From positions 868,001 to 932,000 of the forward strand of contig OZ037842.1 in the NCBI GenBank assembly GCA_964035575.1: DNA of 64,000 nucleotides, given 5' to 3'. The notes beneath the pieces were generated by a model that did not search any database, was not told where the DNA came from, and was given only the letters and a program-made list of their open reading frames with translations. Positions 26,320-38,451 of the stretch are shown here, piece after piece. Numbering within the stretch: the stretch's first letter is position 1; each line of letters opens with the position of its first letter. This stretch comes from Rhynchopus sp. YZ270_cl-10. Taxonomy: Eukaryota. A program made the translations under genes and the position numbers.

Positions 26320-28066
26320 TCATGCCACCACCCAGGAAGGCGGTGTGGGCTGAGGTGGGGAACGCCGTCTGGAAGACGAAACGTCGGACTCTTGAGAGAG
26401 AGAGGGGTGCCGGACGGGCTGCGGGGGGGAGCGGTGGGAGTGGGGGAAGGAGACGTGGGTGCTGGCACTTTGCGGCGATGGTGCGGACGATGCTACGTCG
26501 GGACAGCCGAGGGCCAATGCTGCAGAAGGATCTCGCACGGGCTCTGTGTAGAAACTGTTGAGCTCTGGTGAGGTGACGCTGACGGGCGACTCACGGTCGC
26601 TTGCTGCGAAGGACGGTGCCCCCTCGAAGTACTCCTCTGCCGTGCGTGGCATGCTGTGCGCGCTCTGCCGCATGCTCCCCACATCACGCGACGCTTCTGC
26701 CACCAACGCCTCTGTCAAACCCTCAATCGACTCATCATACACCTCCACACCTATCTTCTCCAACGCCACAATAAGACAGTTCCGCACCGCACCCAAATGC
26801 GCCGACTCATCAATCGCGACAGCAGCGGACCTCTCCCGCGACGAAAGCTCTGCACGCAAGTGTTCGTTGTCGTCCTTCAAGGTTTTGATCTCCCTTTCCT
26901 GTTCAGAAGGGGAGCACCACTCAGGGGCAGCAGAAGCGGGGGTGTCCTTATGACGCTTCTCATCCCACGACGGTACGTTAGGTGAGGTGGATCTGCGGCC
27001 GTCGTGGGTGCGGAGGCTGTGTCGGTCAACATCTTGTTCGAAGGGTGATGCAGAGCGCTCGACACGTGGCTGTTGTTGCACCTCGAGTGCAGCGCGCAGG
27101 CTCTCGTTCTGCTGCCGCAGCGCAACCATGGCACGCTCGCCCTCCCCACTGCGCGCACTGCGCACACAGATCAGCTCCTGTGCATGGCGTGTCTCCTCAT
27201 CGCTCAACATCTGCTTCAGGTGTGCGTTCTCCTGCGACAACGCTGTGACCTTGCGTTGTGCTGCCAGCAGCTCAGAGCGGAGACGTTTCAGGTCTGTTGA
27301 AGTGGTGTTAAGAAATCGAGATACTGCAGATGAAAACAGTCTGCTTCATTGTTGAAAATGAAGCCAGTTATTATGGTAGAAACTTAAGCAAAAAAAAATC
27401 TCGATAAAAGGGGCACAAAGCGCTGTGGTTGTTCATCTCATGGTGAACAAAAAGAGTGTGCGATTTAGAAAATAAATAAAAAATAAATATCAAAATATCA
27501 AAATCTTTCTGTATACCTGACGCGTTTTGTCTCTCCAATCGCTTGCTTGGGCTTGCCTTGCGAGAGTCCAGTGTATTGGTGCAATTCCCTAACGGTGCTG
27601 CGGATGGATGTTGGTCGCGTTTGTTGAGTTCATTCTTGAGTGACGTGAGCTGCGCCTTCAAACGGACGTTCTCCTCTTCACTGGAGACACGGAGGGTGTA
27701 CTGCTGCTTGGCAACAGCTTCCATGCGTTGGCCTTCTGTTTTGAAGTGTTGCAGGACTTTGAGGAGGTCTTGGGACTGTGGTGTGGCTGAGGTGGCTGAG
27801 GTGGACTCTTGCGCTGTGAGGCTTAAGAGCATGGGCTCACCTCTCCGGTCGACAAGAAAGCGAGAGTCTGGTCGCGCCTTTGCCGCAAGCTCCGATAGCG
27901 CTACTGCGTCTCCATTCACCGCTGTGCCTTCCACCTCCAAAATACAGTCCCCCTCCGCAAGCTGGCAAGCCGCACCCTCCGCGGCATCAATTTCCACGAC
28001 AACAAACCCACCCCTGGCTTGCTTGACACCTAAGATGCATCCTGCTGCTTCGATTACTTCGCACAT
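26320..28066 (-). CDS. PDZ-like domain plus coiled-coil protein; exons 27517..28066 and 26320..27293 (or ..27323), ~507-517 aa
   Basis: N-terminal GFVVVEI...AACQLAEGDCILEVEGTAVNG resembles a PDZ fold; GT donor at 27516; both candidate AG acceptors are in frame. Confidence 0.75.
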
Positions 28067-28223
28067 AATAAAGAGCGACGAAAACGGAAAAGAAGAAAAG
28101 AGGGGAAGAAACTACTACTTTCCACCCTACAGTACTTTGAAGTGGAGGAGCGGTTGAGGGGACAGTGCCGAAGTAAATGGGGGGAAAGTATGGCATCTTT
28201 TTTTTTAACATGGGGGTGGGAGG

Positions 28224-28804
28224 CACAGCAGAGAATAAGCCCGGTCCCCGGTCCCCGCTCCCCGGTCCCGGTCCTGGTCCCGGTCCTGGTCCCGGTCCCG
28301 GTCCCTGTCCCGGTCCCTGGTACTGGTCCCGGTCCCTGTCCCTGGTACTGGTCCCGGTCCCGGTCCCGGTCCCGGTCCCGGTCCCGGTCCCGGTCCCGGT
28401 CCCTGGTCCTGGTCCCGGTCCTGGTCCTGGTCCTGGTACTGGTCCCGGTCCCTGGTCCTGGTCCCAGTCCTGGTACTGGTCCCGGTCCCAGTCCTGGTAC
28501 TGGTCCCGGTCCTGGTACTGGTCCCGGTCCCGGTCCTGGTCCCGGTCCTGGTCTGGTACTGGTCCTGGACCAGGACCAGTACCAGGGACCGGGACCGGGA
28601 CCAGTACCAGGACCGGGACCAGGGACCGGGACCAGTACCTGGTCCTGGTCCCGGTCCCGGTCCCCCACCCTCCCGCGCCCGGGTCCCCTCCCACTTTCGG
28701 GCGTTTTCACCACTGTTTTCTACATATTGTGTCCCAGTCCGGCTGAGAATAACCCGGTCCCCGGTCCCCGGTCCCCGGCCCCCCCTACCTTATTCTCTGC
28801 TGTG
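28224..28804. mobile_element. hAT-like MITE with an expanded GGTCC(C/T) hexamer array
   Basis: Perfect 16-bp TIR CACAGCAGAGAATAAG; 8-bp TSD GTGGGAGG at 28216-28223 and 28805-28812. Confidence 0.92.
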
Positions 28805-29438
28805 GTGGGAGGAAGGGAGAAGAGGAGGCTAAGGGAGAATAAATGGACGACGGACCTTAGCAAAGAGAACGTGTAGGGGGCGATGCACCTAAGCTCCACA
28901 CAATGTTTTTAGTCAAAGAAAACTACTTAAAAAAAAGATGAACGCGCCATTCGTGCACGTATCTAACTAAATAGTGGTGCACCCATACACCTTTTTATTT
29001 TGTAGCTGTCTTTGGTGGAGAGGAGTGATATTGCACTCATTTCCCCTCTGGGAGCTGTTCCGTTCTCTTAAACGCCGTTCTTTCTTTGGTCTGTGCAGTG
29101 TGGGTGATGAAATACTCTGAGAGTACGTCCACGGTATCCTTAAAGTGTTTTCTTTTGCTTTTTATCAATAGAGGACCTAGTACAAAAAAAAATAATTGTC
29201 CAAAAAAATGAAATCTAATCTAAGGCGGTTTTATGACATAGAAGAAATGAAAGAAAAGGTTGGTAAGATGAACGTAAGCCTGCGCTTGGTCACCTTGGTG
29301 TTTAAATTATCGAGGTGCAAAAAAAAATAGCATTTCCTTTTTCCCTTTTTTTGGCAAAGTGCAGCCTCCACAGCTACACAGAACGTAGTGTACCTCGGCG
29401 GCCGTACAAAAAAGGGGAGATGTTTACTTTTATTTGTT

Positions 29439-30367
29439 TTAGGCTTGCGACCTGCCTTCTCTAGGTGTGTTTCGTTTGTTGCGGTGTGGGGTCTTGAGGA
29501 GGGCAGGCATCACTGCAGGCATCACGTAGTCCTGAGGGTGGTATTTTGTTTGAACACTTAGTTGACTAACGTAGACTAAAGGCGCTAGCTCATGGTGCAG
29601 ATAGGAGCTACCATATTTTTCGCATTTTGATAATCTGTTGGTTAATATAGCTGCTGTGCAAGACAGTTTTTGATCTGCGGCCATTGGAAAAGGAGTGCAG
29701 GATACACTCTACCCTATCGTAGGCGTTATTTGCTTGTCTCCCCACAAAAACATCATATTTAAAAGAAAGATTTGTAAGATGAACCTAAGCCGTGCTTAGT
29801 CACCTTTGAAAGAGAAAAAGTAAAAAGTTCGTGTTGACAACGTACCTTATGCACCTGGTGCTCCGCCTGGTTCGCTGTCATGAGGTAGCGTGTAACCGGT
29901 TGGTTCCACTGCTCGGTCTTGATGTCCTTCTGCGCTGCGCGTGGCGTGTCTGCACCTACCGTCTTTTTGAGGGCAGCTGCGGGGGTGGGGGGGATCTTGC
30001 GTTTCTTGTCGTTTGCGGGTGTTGGTGCCTGTGGCTTTGGGGTTGCCCTGGTGATACCCTTTCCGGGTGTGTGCGTGCGGAGGGGTGTTGCGCCCGGTGC
30101 ACGGGAGGGTTGGTTTGGCTCGACAAGGCCTAGAGCGCTGACTGCATCCGCAAGACGCCTTCGCTTTGCTTCGTGTACTGCTGCGTAGTCTGCGCGTGGG
30201 TCCTGTGCCCCCGCAATCACATTCGCACAGATCGCACGAAACGGACGCAATGGAGGCAGCGTCTTCCCTTTCTTCGCCGCCTCAAGCCCCTCCTTGCACT
30301 GCCTCTCACGCTCATCAGCGAGAATGTCCGTGAGGAGCAAAAGCGACTCCTCTGAACACATAGTCAT
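29439..30367 (-). CDS. Basic Pro/Lys-rich hypothetical protein; exons 29846..30367 and 29439..29531, ~204 aa
   Basis: Donor AAG|GTACGT and acceptor CTCAG|GAC, both phase 0; coding-like composition. Confidence 0.6.
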
Positions 30368-30694
30368 CTTGTTTTGTGTACACGCTGTTAAGGGGGATAA
30401 AAAATAATGTAGAACAAAGCGAGAATCCACTCTAACACTAGCGGTAAAAAATGAAGCATGACGAACAAAATTGAAACCACAGGAACCTGAAACCCCAAGG
30501 GGGAAGGCGGAAAGACATGGCAGAGAGCAGCACCTTAAAACACCAGGGTGGAATGGCTCGTAAGCGAGGCTGAAACGACGTATCAGAACTATGGAAAGAC
30601 CCTTCCCCTCTACTCAAAATATGCTATATTTTCTTTTGTTTATTGCGTCATAACAACTTACAAATCTGTCTATCAACACCTTCCTTCTTGCAAA

Positions 30695-31546
30695 TCAATG
30701 TGAAGGAGGTGTTCTCCCGAAGAAGGCGACACGTCCACATTTGCTGGCCATCGATGTGTATCGACCCTGCGGGGTGTGGACGTGCGCCTGCTCTAGTGGG
30801 GGTGGCGGTGTGGCGAAGACGTCTGCGTACGTTCTTCTTGCCCCACTTTCTATGGGCAGACGATCGGACGTACGCATCTCGGGTGTCGCACCGTCCCACC
30901 TTTGACCTGCAAGCGGTGTCAGGGACGGACGCTTCAACTCCTCCAAGGTTGTCTCCAATGCACAGACACGTGTCTGCAGGGCAGAGTACTGCTCTTCTGC
31001 GTGGCGTCCTCTCTCTATGAGATGCGTCTGTGCGTCGTGGCTGTCCAAGAGCGCACGCTGGTTGGTTTCAAGGGTAAGCACCCGGGCGGCGAGAAGTTGT
31101 GTCACATCGCGCACCTCGCGTGCAAGGTATAAGAGAGTCTCGTTCTGCTGTCCGCAGTCTGCCACCACCGCACACAACCCGCCTTCCAGGTCGCGTACCC
31201 GGGGCAGCACCTCCACAGCAAGGCTGTACTCCGCGTCCTCCGTCATCCGGAGACGCTCCTCGGTGACGCGCTGCAAGCTGCGGTGTCGTAGCGCACGGTG
31301 GCCAAGCCGCTCACCTCTTGCTTCGCATGACACAACAGACACCCCTTCGGAGAAGTTTGCCTCGGACGACGCGCTGGATGGGGGAGGTTCTGGGTGTGGC
31401 AGCGCCTGCACTGAACGCTGATTTCCCACCTCTGTTTGAGCTGGCATTTGAGTCGCTGGTGTCTGAATCTGTTCCCGTGTGTCCCCCCTCAGAGCACTCA
31501 TTAGAAGCGGTTCATATATGTGTGGGTGTGTCCGTTCACTGGACAT
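30695..31546 (-). CDS. Coiled-coil hypothetical protein (~283 aa)
   Basis: ATG at 31546 downstream of a pyrimidine-rich leader; heptad-rich central region. Confidence 0.65.
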   Translation of the reverse strand: MSSERTHPHIYEPLLMSALRGDTREQIQTPATQMPAQTEVGNQRSVQALPHPEPPPSSASSEANFSEGVSVVSCEARGERLGHRALRHRSLQRVTEERLRMTEDAEYSLAVEVLPRVRDLEGGLCAVVADCGQQNETLLYLAREVRDVTQLLAARVLTLETNQRALLDSHDAQTHLIERGRHAEEQYSALQTRVCALETTLEELKRPSLTPLAGQRWDGATPEMRTSDRLPIESGARRTYADVFATPPPPLEQAHVHTPQGRYTSMASKCGRVAFFGRTPPSH

Positions 31547-32343
31547 ATCACACACCGCATTGGGGGGTGTTCTGTGTTTAGGTGTGAAGGGAAGGGTGGA
31601 AGGGTGCAGGTACATGGGGATATTTGTGAAGTGCGAAACACAGCAAAATCGAAGATAAAAGCTGCTAAAGATGCACCTAAGTTTCTCGTGTCTCCCCATC
31701 AATCAAAACTGTGGGGTAAAAATCACAGTGATGGAAACTGGAAGGGAAGGGGTGGAGGGGGGAGAGAGAGAGAGAGTATGTGGGTGATACTAACAAGAAC
31801 CTGTTTTTTTTTCTCTGTTTGTTTTCCTTTGTTGTGCTGTAAAAAAACAATGTAAAATGGCTGTGTAAAAAGAATTGAAAAGGAAAAAGGAAAAATATAG
31901 ATCAAACACAGTAGAAACTGGTTTTGGCCGAATTTTTGAGAGAGCCCCTCCTCCGTGCACACTTTTCCTCAGAAATATAGGGGTGTAGTGGCCTGCACGT
32001 TGTGGCCGGGAAATCGGAAAGGGGATTTGTTGCGTAGCTTTATTTCGTCTTCAGTTAATGGTTTTGTCACGTGACGGCATACGGGGACATGTACCTCTTT
32101 TTCCACCATTTCTTCAAAAAAAAATCCGTTCTTTATGCAAAAATAAATCAATGGAAAAAATTATGTCATATACTTTCTATTCTACTGAATGAAATCAATG
32201 GGGAAAAAAATCATTTATGGGTGCTACAGGCTTTTATTTCAGAAATAAAATCAGGGAACGAAAAAAAAAAAAAAAAAAAAAATACCCAGAAAGAGTGACA
32301 TGAAATACAAATCCTTCATGACAGTGTACCGCAGGCATATATA

Positions 32344-33378
32344 CAGTGTGACACAGAATTAATGGCCGATGACGACATTTTGTAAAAATTGTTATATTAT
32401 TCTAAAAAATAGGCAAAATTTGACTCATTTCATGCCTGGCCAGTCAGCTTTAGGGAGGAACGAGAAAGGTTGGGAGGAGAGGAATGCTTGAGTAACGTTC
32501 GCAGTGTGGCAGGGTGCCCCATCCTGCTGAAACGTGTAGCTACTGTCAGGCAGGAGTTCTTTTATTTCTTTGAGCGCTTTCTGTAAGACGAGCGTACGGT
32601 ACTTCTCTGCATTGAGAGCACCGTCATAGAAATAGAGCTTCGTCTTACCTCTGGTGGTGATTCCTCCCCAGACGTGAACCTTCTGCGTAGCCCTGACCTT
32701 ATCAACGGTTGGGGGCGGCTCATCACCATCTGCAACCCAGACAACATCGTTCTTCTTGCTCACCCGAGAAAAAAGCCAAAAGTCTTTTTCATCGGTGAAC
32801 ATCACCTTTGACCAGTCGGTGTTTCGATGCGTTTCAGCAAACTCTATCCGGGCAGTGATGTTCTTTTCCGAGAGCTTTGGTTTGCTCTTCGTTTGAACGG
32901 GCTTCAGCCCCTTCTCCTTCAGGCACCTGCGGACACTCTCCCTCGAAATCTGTAGTCGCGACGCTACTTTCCTGCAAGACTGAAACCGCTTGCCCCGCAT
33001 GTGTCTAACCACCCTATTCTTAACGGTGTCGGTGGTGGCCGATCTCTTGCGTCCCCTCCCTGGCTTGTCCGAAAAATTCCGCTCTCCAGCGCGGTACTCC
33101 TTCACCCACCTACCCAAACTCCTCTTCGCAACGTTCAGCAACTCCGCCACCTCATCATGGCTCTTACCGCCAACAACGACTAGCGACGCTGCCTGTAGGC
33201 GCAACCCTTCCCTCGTGGCCTCAGTGTTCACTTTACCCTTAACCATTATATTTTTGCTTTTATTGTGTTCCTGGGCGTAAATATTTTATGTTTTGTGGGT
33301 GTTTTGAATATGTCCTTGTCAAAATTTGCCGTTTTTTTATAAAATGTCTTCATCGGCCATTAATTCTGTGTCACACTG
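32344..33378 (-). mobile_element. Tc1/mariner transposon, internally deleted
   Basis: ~45-bp TIR CAGTGTGACACAGAATTAATGGCCGATGA..; TA on both flanks (32342-32343, 33379-33380); encloses the transposase ORF. Confidence 0.95.
32425..33246 (-). CDS. Tc1-family transposase, C-terminally truncated (273 aa)
   Basis: HTH region, GRGRKR linker, WSKVMFTDEK, VWGGI, FQQDGAPCH; ends WPGMK* and lacks the SPDLNPIE motif. Confidence 0.9.
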   Translation of the reverse strand: MVKGKVNTEATREGLRLQAASLVVVGGKSHDEVAELLNVAKRSLGRWVKEYRAGERNFSDKPGRGRKRSATTDTVKNRVVRHMRGKRFQSCRKVASRLQISRESVRRCLKEKGLKPVQTKSKPKLSEKNITARIEFAETHRNTDWSKVMFTDEKDFWLFSRVSKKNDVVWVADGDEPPPTVDKVRATQKVHVWGGITTRGKTKLYFYDGALNAEKYRTLVLQKALKEIKELLPDSSYTFQQDGAPCHTANVTQAFLSSQPFSFLPKADWPGMK

Positions 33379-33451
33379 TATTACGGTACGGTGTCAAAAT
33401 ATCGCTCTCAAAATAAAAGTTGGGGTGGAGATTGTCCACTCAATTTTTTTT

Positions 33452-34496
33452 TCATGCAGGCTCTCCTCCAACTGTTACGCCTGCTGTGAATCGCTCCCTT
33501 CTGGGCGAACAAAAGGTTTCACCGTAGTGGTGGTGCGCCTCGAGGAACTTGTCTTGGAGGGGGTTCATGGTCTGGTCGTATCGCTCCTTCAGGTCTTGCC
33601 GTCTTACTTGGAACTCCTCTTGGAGAGATTCAAGCTTTTGCTCGGCTCCTGCGGACTCTGATATCTTTGCTTGGAGCTTGGCTTTGACAGCATTGAGTGT
33701 CTCCTTTAGTTCAACAAGCGAACGTTGTTTTGGCTCTGTGATCCGGAGCAGCTTTGCATGCATATACAGCGCTCTGATCCACCTGCAAATGGCGCTGCAC
33801 GGTACCGATGCTTTGGCAACAACGTTTGGCTCAAAGTCGGGCGACATAATGAGCTGCTGGAGTTTGTCCAGTGTATCGTCGCTGATGCTTGACCGGTCTA
33901 TCGTCTTTGCTTTGGGTACAAAGAAGCCGAAGAAGTATGTGTCACAGAGGAGGAATTTGACTTCTTCCCAGGAGGACATCTCATCGCCACGGAGGGTCAT
34001 GACGGCGCGCATTGTTTCGAGGACGAGGAGGGGGGGATGCTCGTATTTGCGCATCACAGCCATGTCCTCTTGACGAAGGCCCTGCAGTGCTTCAATGGCA
34101 GCATCGAAGGAGGCGTCTGCAGTGCACATCATGTCCTTGCGTTCCGACAACACACTGCGCTGCTCGTCAAAGCGCTCTTCCCCTAGCTCCTCGCAGCTCC
34201 GCACCAATAACGACAACCACTCTGCCTCACGCTCCAGCAACACCCCCACCTGCATGCTAAAATACACCGCCACCTCCAACGGACGCATCTTGGGGTAGTA
34301 CGACTCCACTAGCTTGTTAAGGTTGTGGTCATACTCTGATTTGAGTTTTCCCTGTAAACAAAAAAAGGGGAAAGCGGAGGGGGGGTTAGAAACGTGTGTA
34401 AATGTGGGGTGGTAGGCAACATACAAGCTCCTTGACATGGAGGTTGAGGTTGTCTTCTGCTTCCTTCAGGTCGCTCTCCCAGTCATCGTCGCTCAT
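33452..34496 (-). CDS. Stand-alone dynein stalk/microtubule-binding-domain protein; exons 34425..34496 and 33452..34351, 323 aa
   Basis: AIEALQGLRQEDMAVMRKYEHPP..V..TMRAV..SSWEEVK..PDFEPNVVAKASVPCSAICRWIRA matches the dynein MTBD pattern; 73-nt phase-0 GT-AG intron. Confidence 0.8.
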
Positions 34497-35731
34497 TTGT
34501 GTGTGGTTCTTGAAGGGGTAGAGTGGGGTGGTGGTGGTGGGGTATGGGGAAAGTTCAAAGAAAGTTTGAAAGACAAATGTGCCTCACTGCACATCTAATT
34601 AAAAATGAATAGTTCGTCAAAATGAGTCGAAGCGATGCTGCCACCTAGAGTTAAAGTGTCACCACAGTTTGGAATGAAAGCATTCAGGTACGTTGTGTTA
34701 TGGTGCCTGTTGTCCACAACCATTACAAATCTAAAGAGTGAACTGTTCTGACGCAGGGGAAAGGGCTAGGTGGTGATGCAGATATACAGTTAAAAAACAC
34801 CCGGGGGGGTACTCAGGCAATTGACTAGTTAAAATTTTCAGAAATGGCGAATTTTACTTTTTCTTTTACCGGTTTCAGCACGCTTCATGTAAGGATACAT
34901 CTCTTCGGTGGTCAGATGTGCATTTGTTTTTAACCGTTACTTTTTTTTGTTTCCCGCAACCCTCACAAATTTAACAATACGGCTTTCGAAAGAATGGATC
35001 TACAGACGTCACTCAAAATAGGTGAACATCTTTAACTATCTTACCTGGAAAATCTGCAGGAAAACTAAACTAAAAAACAAAAAAAACTTGAAAAGGCCTC
35101 ACATAGTCACACAGACCAACTTCTGCCTGGTTTTGCCGCTAAAAATCCTGAATTAGCACAGAGCTTGGGACACAACAAAACCAAAAAAAAAAAAAAAAAA
35201 AAAAACAAGTAATTGCTATCGGAAAAAAAACGGGGTGTGATGTGGAACTCCATCCTGTAGAAATAATCTACAATACGCCCAGCATTCTGCTCTTCTGCAG
35301 GTATGCTACGCTCTTCGTACGCTGCCAGACCCACTGGGACGCCAGCATCTGAAACGTTCAAGAAGGGGGGCTGTCCTCTTCGTCCAGCACCATCTGCTCG
35401 ATAGCGTTGTTGGACGCCCGCTCGGCAGGCTCGGCGTGGTCCAGCTCGTTTTTGTCCACAGGGTCCCCACATTGTAGTCGTCGTTGGAGCAGTGCGGAAG
35501 GAACACAGAATGCACAGACTACAACACATCGATCACACCAGCAAATCGCCAGGATGCTACGGTGGTTTCGAAAATCGCGCGGAGTTTTCCACAGCACACC
35601 CCGTTTTTTTCTTAGCAATTACTTGTCCTTGTTGTTATTGTTGTTTTCAACCACCTTCCTTCAACCCTTGTAGGATCAGTTGTTATTTTTTTCGCGAAAA
35701 CATGAAATTACACATTTCAAGAGAACAAATT

Positions 35732-36255
35732 AAAAAGGGTCCTTATTTGCATTTTTGGGCTCCGCCCGTGCAGTGGTGGGGTCAATCTCGAAAATTGGAC
35801 AATTTTTTGACCACTTAAATTTTGAGAAATATGAGCCCGGTTGCTTATACGTGGGGCCCATTTTCGGCTAAAATTTTCCTCAAAATCTGGTTTTGTAAAA
35901 TTGACCCTTTACTCCCCCCCCACACATCGATTTCAATACTATACCTTACTTCACCTACGGTTGCCCTTACAGGGGGGTGAAGGAAGGTAAGTTGAAAAAG
36001 GGTCCTTATTTGCATTTTTGGGCTCCGCCCGTGCAGTGGTGGGGTCAATCTCGAAAATTGGACAATTTTTTGACCACTTAAATTTTGAGAAATATGAGCC
36101 CGGTTGCTTATACGTGGGGCCCATTTTCGGCTAAAATTTTCCTCAAAATCTGGTTTTGTAAAATTGACCCTTTACTCCCCCCCCACATCGATTTCAATAC
36201 TATACCTTACTTCACCTACGGTTGCCCTTACAGGGGGGTGAAGGAAGGTAAGTTG
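35732..36255. repeat. Near-perfect tandem duplication, ~263-bp unit x2
   Basis: Units start at 35732 and 35995; the only difference I saw is a 2-nt indel at the C-run; part of the unit resembles ~1835-1910 and ~2810-2886. Confidence 0.95.
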
Positions 36256-36645
36256 AAAAATGCTCATGGTATTAGAGTCTAACACGAACATAAGCTTTCT
36301 GCAATATGAAACAAACCATGGAAAGAACACTTGGGTGGCGATAAATACCATCATTGTTTGCCACAACGACACCCAACCGAAAACACATATAGAGGCAAAT
36401 GTTAAAAACGAAAAGCAAGCATCGCAACTTATGTTTAGCGGCGGGAGGGGTAACTTCCGCACCCCCACAGCAAAAGACACACTTACTGGGTTGAACCCAA
36501 CAACAGGTTGCATTCACCGAACCCTCCTTTTCTTTCCCATTTGACATCAGTTCTTGTGCACATTTTTGTGTTAAGTTTCAAAATGCCTTACTTCACCCCC
36601 CTCCCCCCTCCCGTAGCTAGATATGGTGGAATCTACAAAACCCTT

Positions 36646-37296
36646 TTATTGTGAATCTGCTTTGAAAATTACCCATGGACCGAATGCGTTTTTGTAATGC
36701 TCTTTCACGGCTGGTATGTTGGCAATGGTTTTGCGGTGTTTAAGAAGGTTGGGGAAGGGGTCGAGACAGTCTGTTGGGATGCCGTCGAAGAATCCCCCCA
36801 TCAGGTCAGAGAGGAGAGAGAAGGTGACGACGTCTGCAATGGTAAATTTTTCGCATACACAGTATGTCTTGCCTTCGAGACGTTTTTCGATGTATTCAAG
36901 CCATATGTAACACGGCCCTCCAGGGGCCGTTGTTTGGTATCGAAAGGCAAGCTTTTCCTCTTCATCCTTCAACGCCATCGACTTCATCACAGAGGACATA
37001 GCATCTGTGAGGTATCCAATAAACTCATCCACTCTAAACGCTTCTAAGGGATCAGTGGGGTAGAGGCCTGCCAGCTTTCCAAAATATCTGACCTGAGCCA
37101 ACGACTGTCCATAAACATTACCGTTGATCGTAAGCAGCGGAAGCTGCATGGGTGCGACGGCAGCCTTGCGCTCCCCACTCCATTCCTTGAACGCGATCCT
37201 CTCCTCCGTGAACTCCACCCCAGCCAACGCTGCAGTCAGACGCACCGACTCCGCATTCCCTGGGAACGGGAAGTACGTCAGCTTATGAGACGCCAT
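36646..37296 (-). CDS. Glutathione S-transferase (sigma-like)
   Basis: KLTYFPFPGNAESVRL, QLPLL..GQSLAQVRYFGKLAGLYP, KFTIADV, FPNL motifs; 216 aa. Confidence 0.93.
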   Translation of the reverse strand: MASHKLTYFPFPGNAESVRLTAALAGVEFTEERIAFKEWSGERKAAVAPMQLPLLTINGNVYGQSLAQVRYFGKLAGLYPTDPLEAFRVDEFIGYLTDAMSSVMKSMALKDEEEKLAFRYQTTAPGGPCYIWLEYIEKRLEGKTYCVCEKFTIADVVTFSLLSDLMGGFFDGIPTDCLDPFPNLLKHRKTIANIPAVKEHYKNAFGPWVIFKADSQ

Positions 37297-38451
37297 TAAA
37301 AGTGGGTGGAGGGGGGGTGTGTATGGAGGGTCCCGTGCGTCTACCCTCTGGCTTGCTGTGGTGTGAGAAAGATGTGATTATTTGTTTGATTATAGACAAT
37401 GTAGCCTCTTCACGGGGTTCACAAATGAAGAGAAAAAGGAGTGCAAATTGCAGGATGTACACAGAGTGACAGACACATTTTGTACCGCAGTGCAATGAGA
37501 CTTAAGGTCCAAGGCCAGCACGGTAAGCCGGAAAGAAAAGTTCTAAGGCAATTTTGACACTCTCATACTTAACACCCTGCAGAGGAGAATCTGTCTGCTC
37601 ATTTCCCACCCGTAACCCGAGAGGCCCTCCACACAAGAGTCATCCCCAACCGCCCACACCCAAGGTGTGCCATCTTTGGGATTCTGTGACAACTTCGCAA
37701 CTAATGTGAACAACCGTCACCAAGGGGCAAACCCTGAACTCCGACGGGGAAAGCATCAACTGTGCAACACGTGGGGTCAGTCAACCATCCCTCATCGCCC
37801 CTATCCCACCCATGCCCAGTGAAGCACCCACGCGTTAGGAGGAAGGGACTCACCCTCTAAGGTGCGGCAGTCCAGAAGGCGTCCATCCACCACCCCGTAT
37901 ACACATAACACCCAGGCAGTGGTCACGCAGAGTTGTGGATACAAACTTCAGCAGAAACTCATTTCAGAGCCCCGCCTCTAGTCGCTCTGTGCACGTTCCC
38001 AAAACCCCCATCTCCTCTGTGAACAAAAGAACACAGGGTGAAGGAGGGCTGGTTGCATCAGCGCGTAGTGTCCGTGAACGCTGCAGGTCAGGATGCCCCC
38101 TCCCCTTTCACTCCCCTCGCAAGGCCCAAATTCGCAGGGAGTGCATCTCCAAATAATCGGCAATGGTGCAATTGTCTTCATTTTTGTGCAATACAAAAAG
38201 AGAAAACGCGTGAATGTGCCGCTCAAAAAATATACACAACTGCACCACCTCCACCCTACCCAGCCACCCCCTCTGCAGGAAGCGTCTATCTTGCACAGCA
38301 AGGAAGAAGTCCCCCAGGAACCAGTGAGCCACATCTACACACTAGAGCGGCAATATGTCGCACAACGTAGACAGACCACTCTCCTTGGCCGACACCACCC
38401 CATTACCTCTCGCACTGACATCAGACACACATCCCCTCAGTGCTGCTTTCT

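Noticed and set aside
27987..28876. Pro-Gly / Arg-Asp repeat ORFs on both strands
   Set aside because: Translations of the stop-free hexamer array inside the 28224..28804 MITE.
29773..29806. Type B hairpin as a group II intron domain V
   Set aside because: Similar size, GNRA loop and 2-nt bulge, but no AGC/CGC catalytic triad and no other group II domains; the host intron is plain GT-AG.
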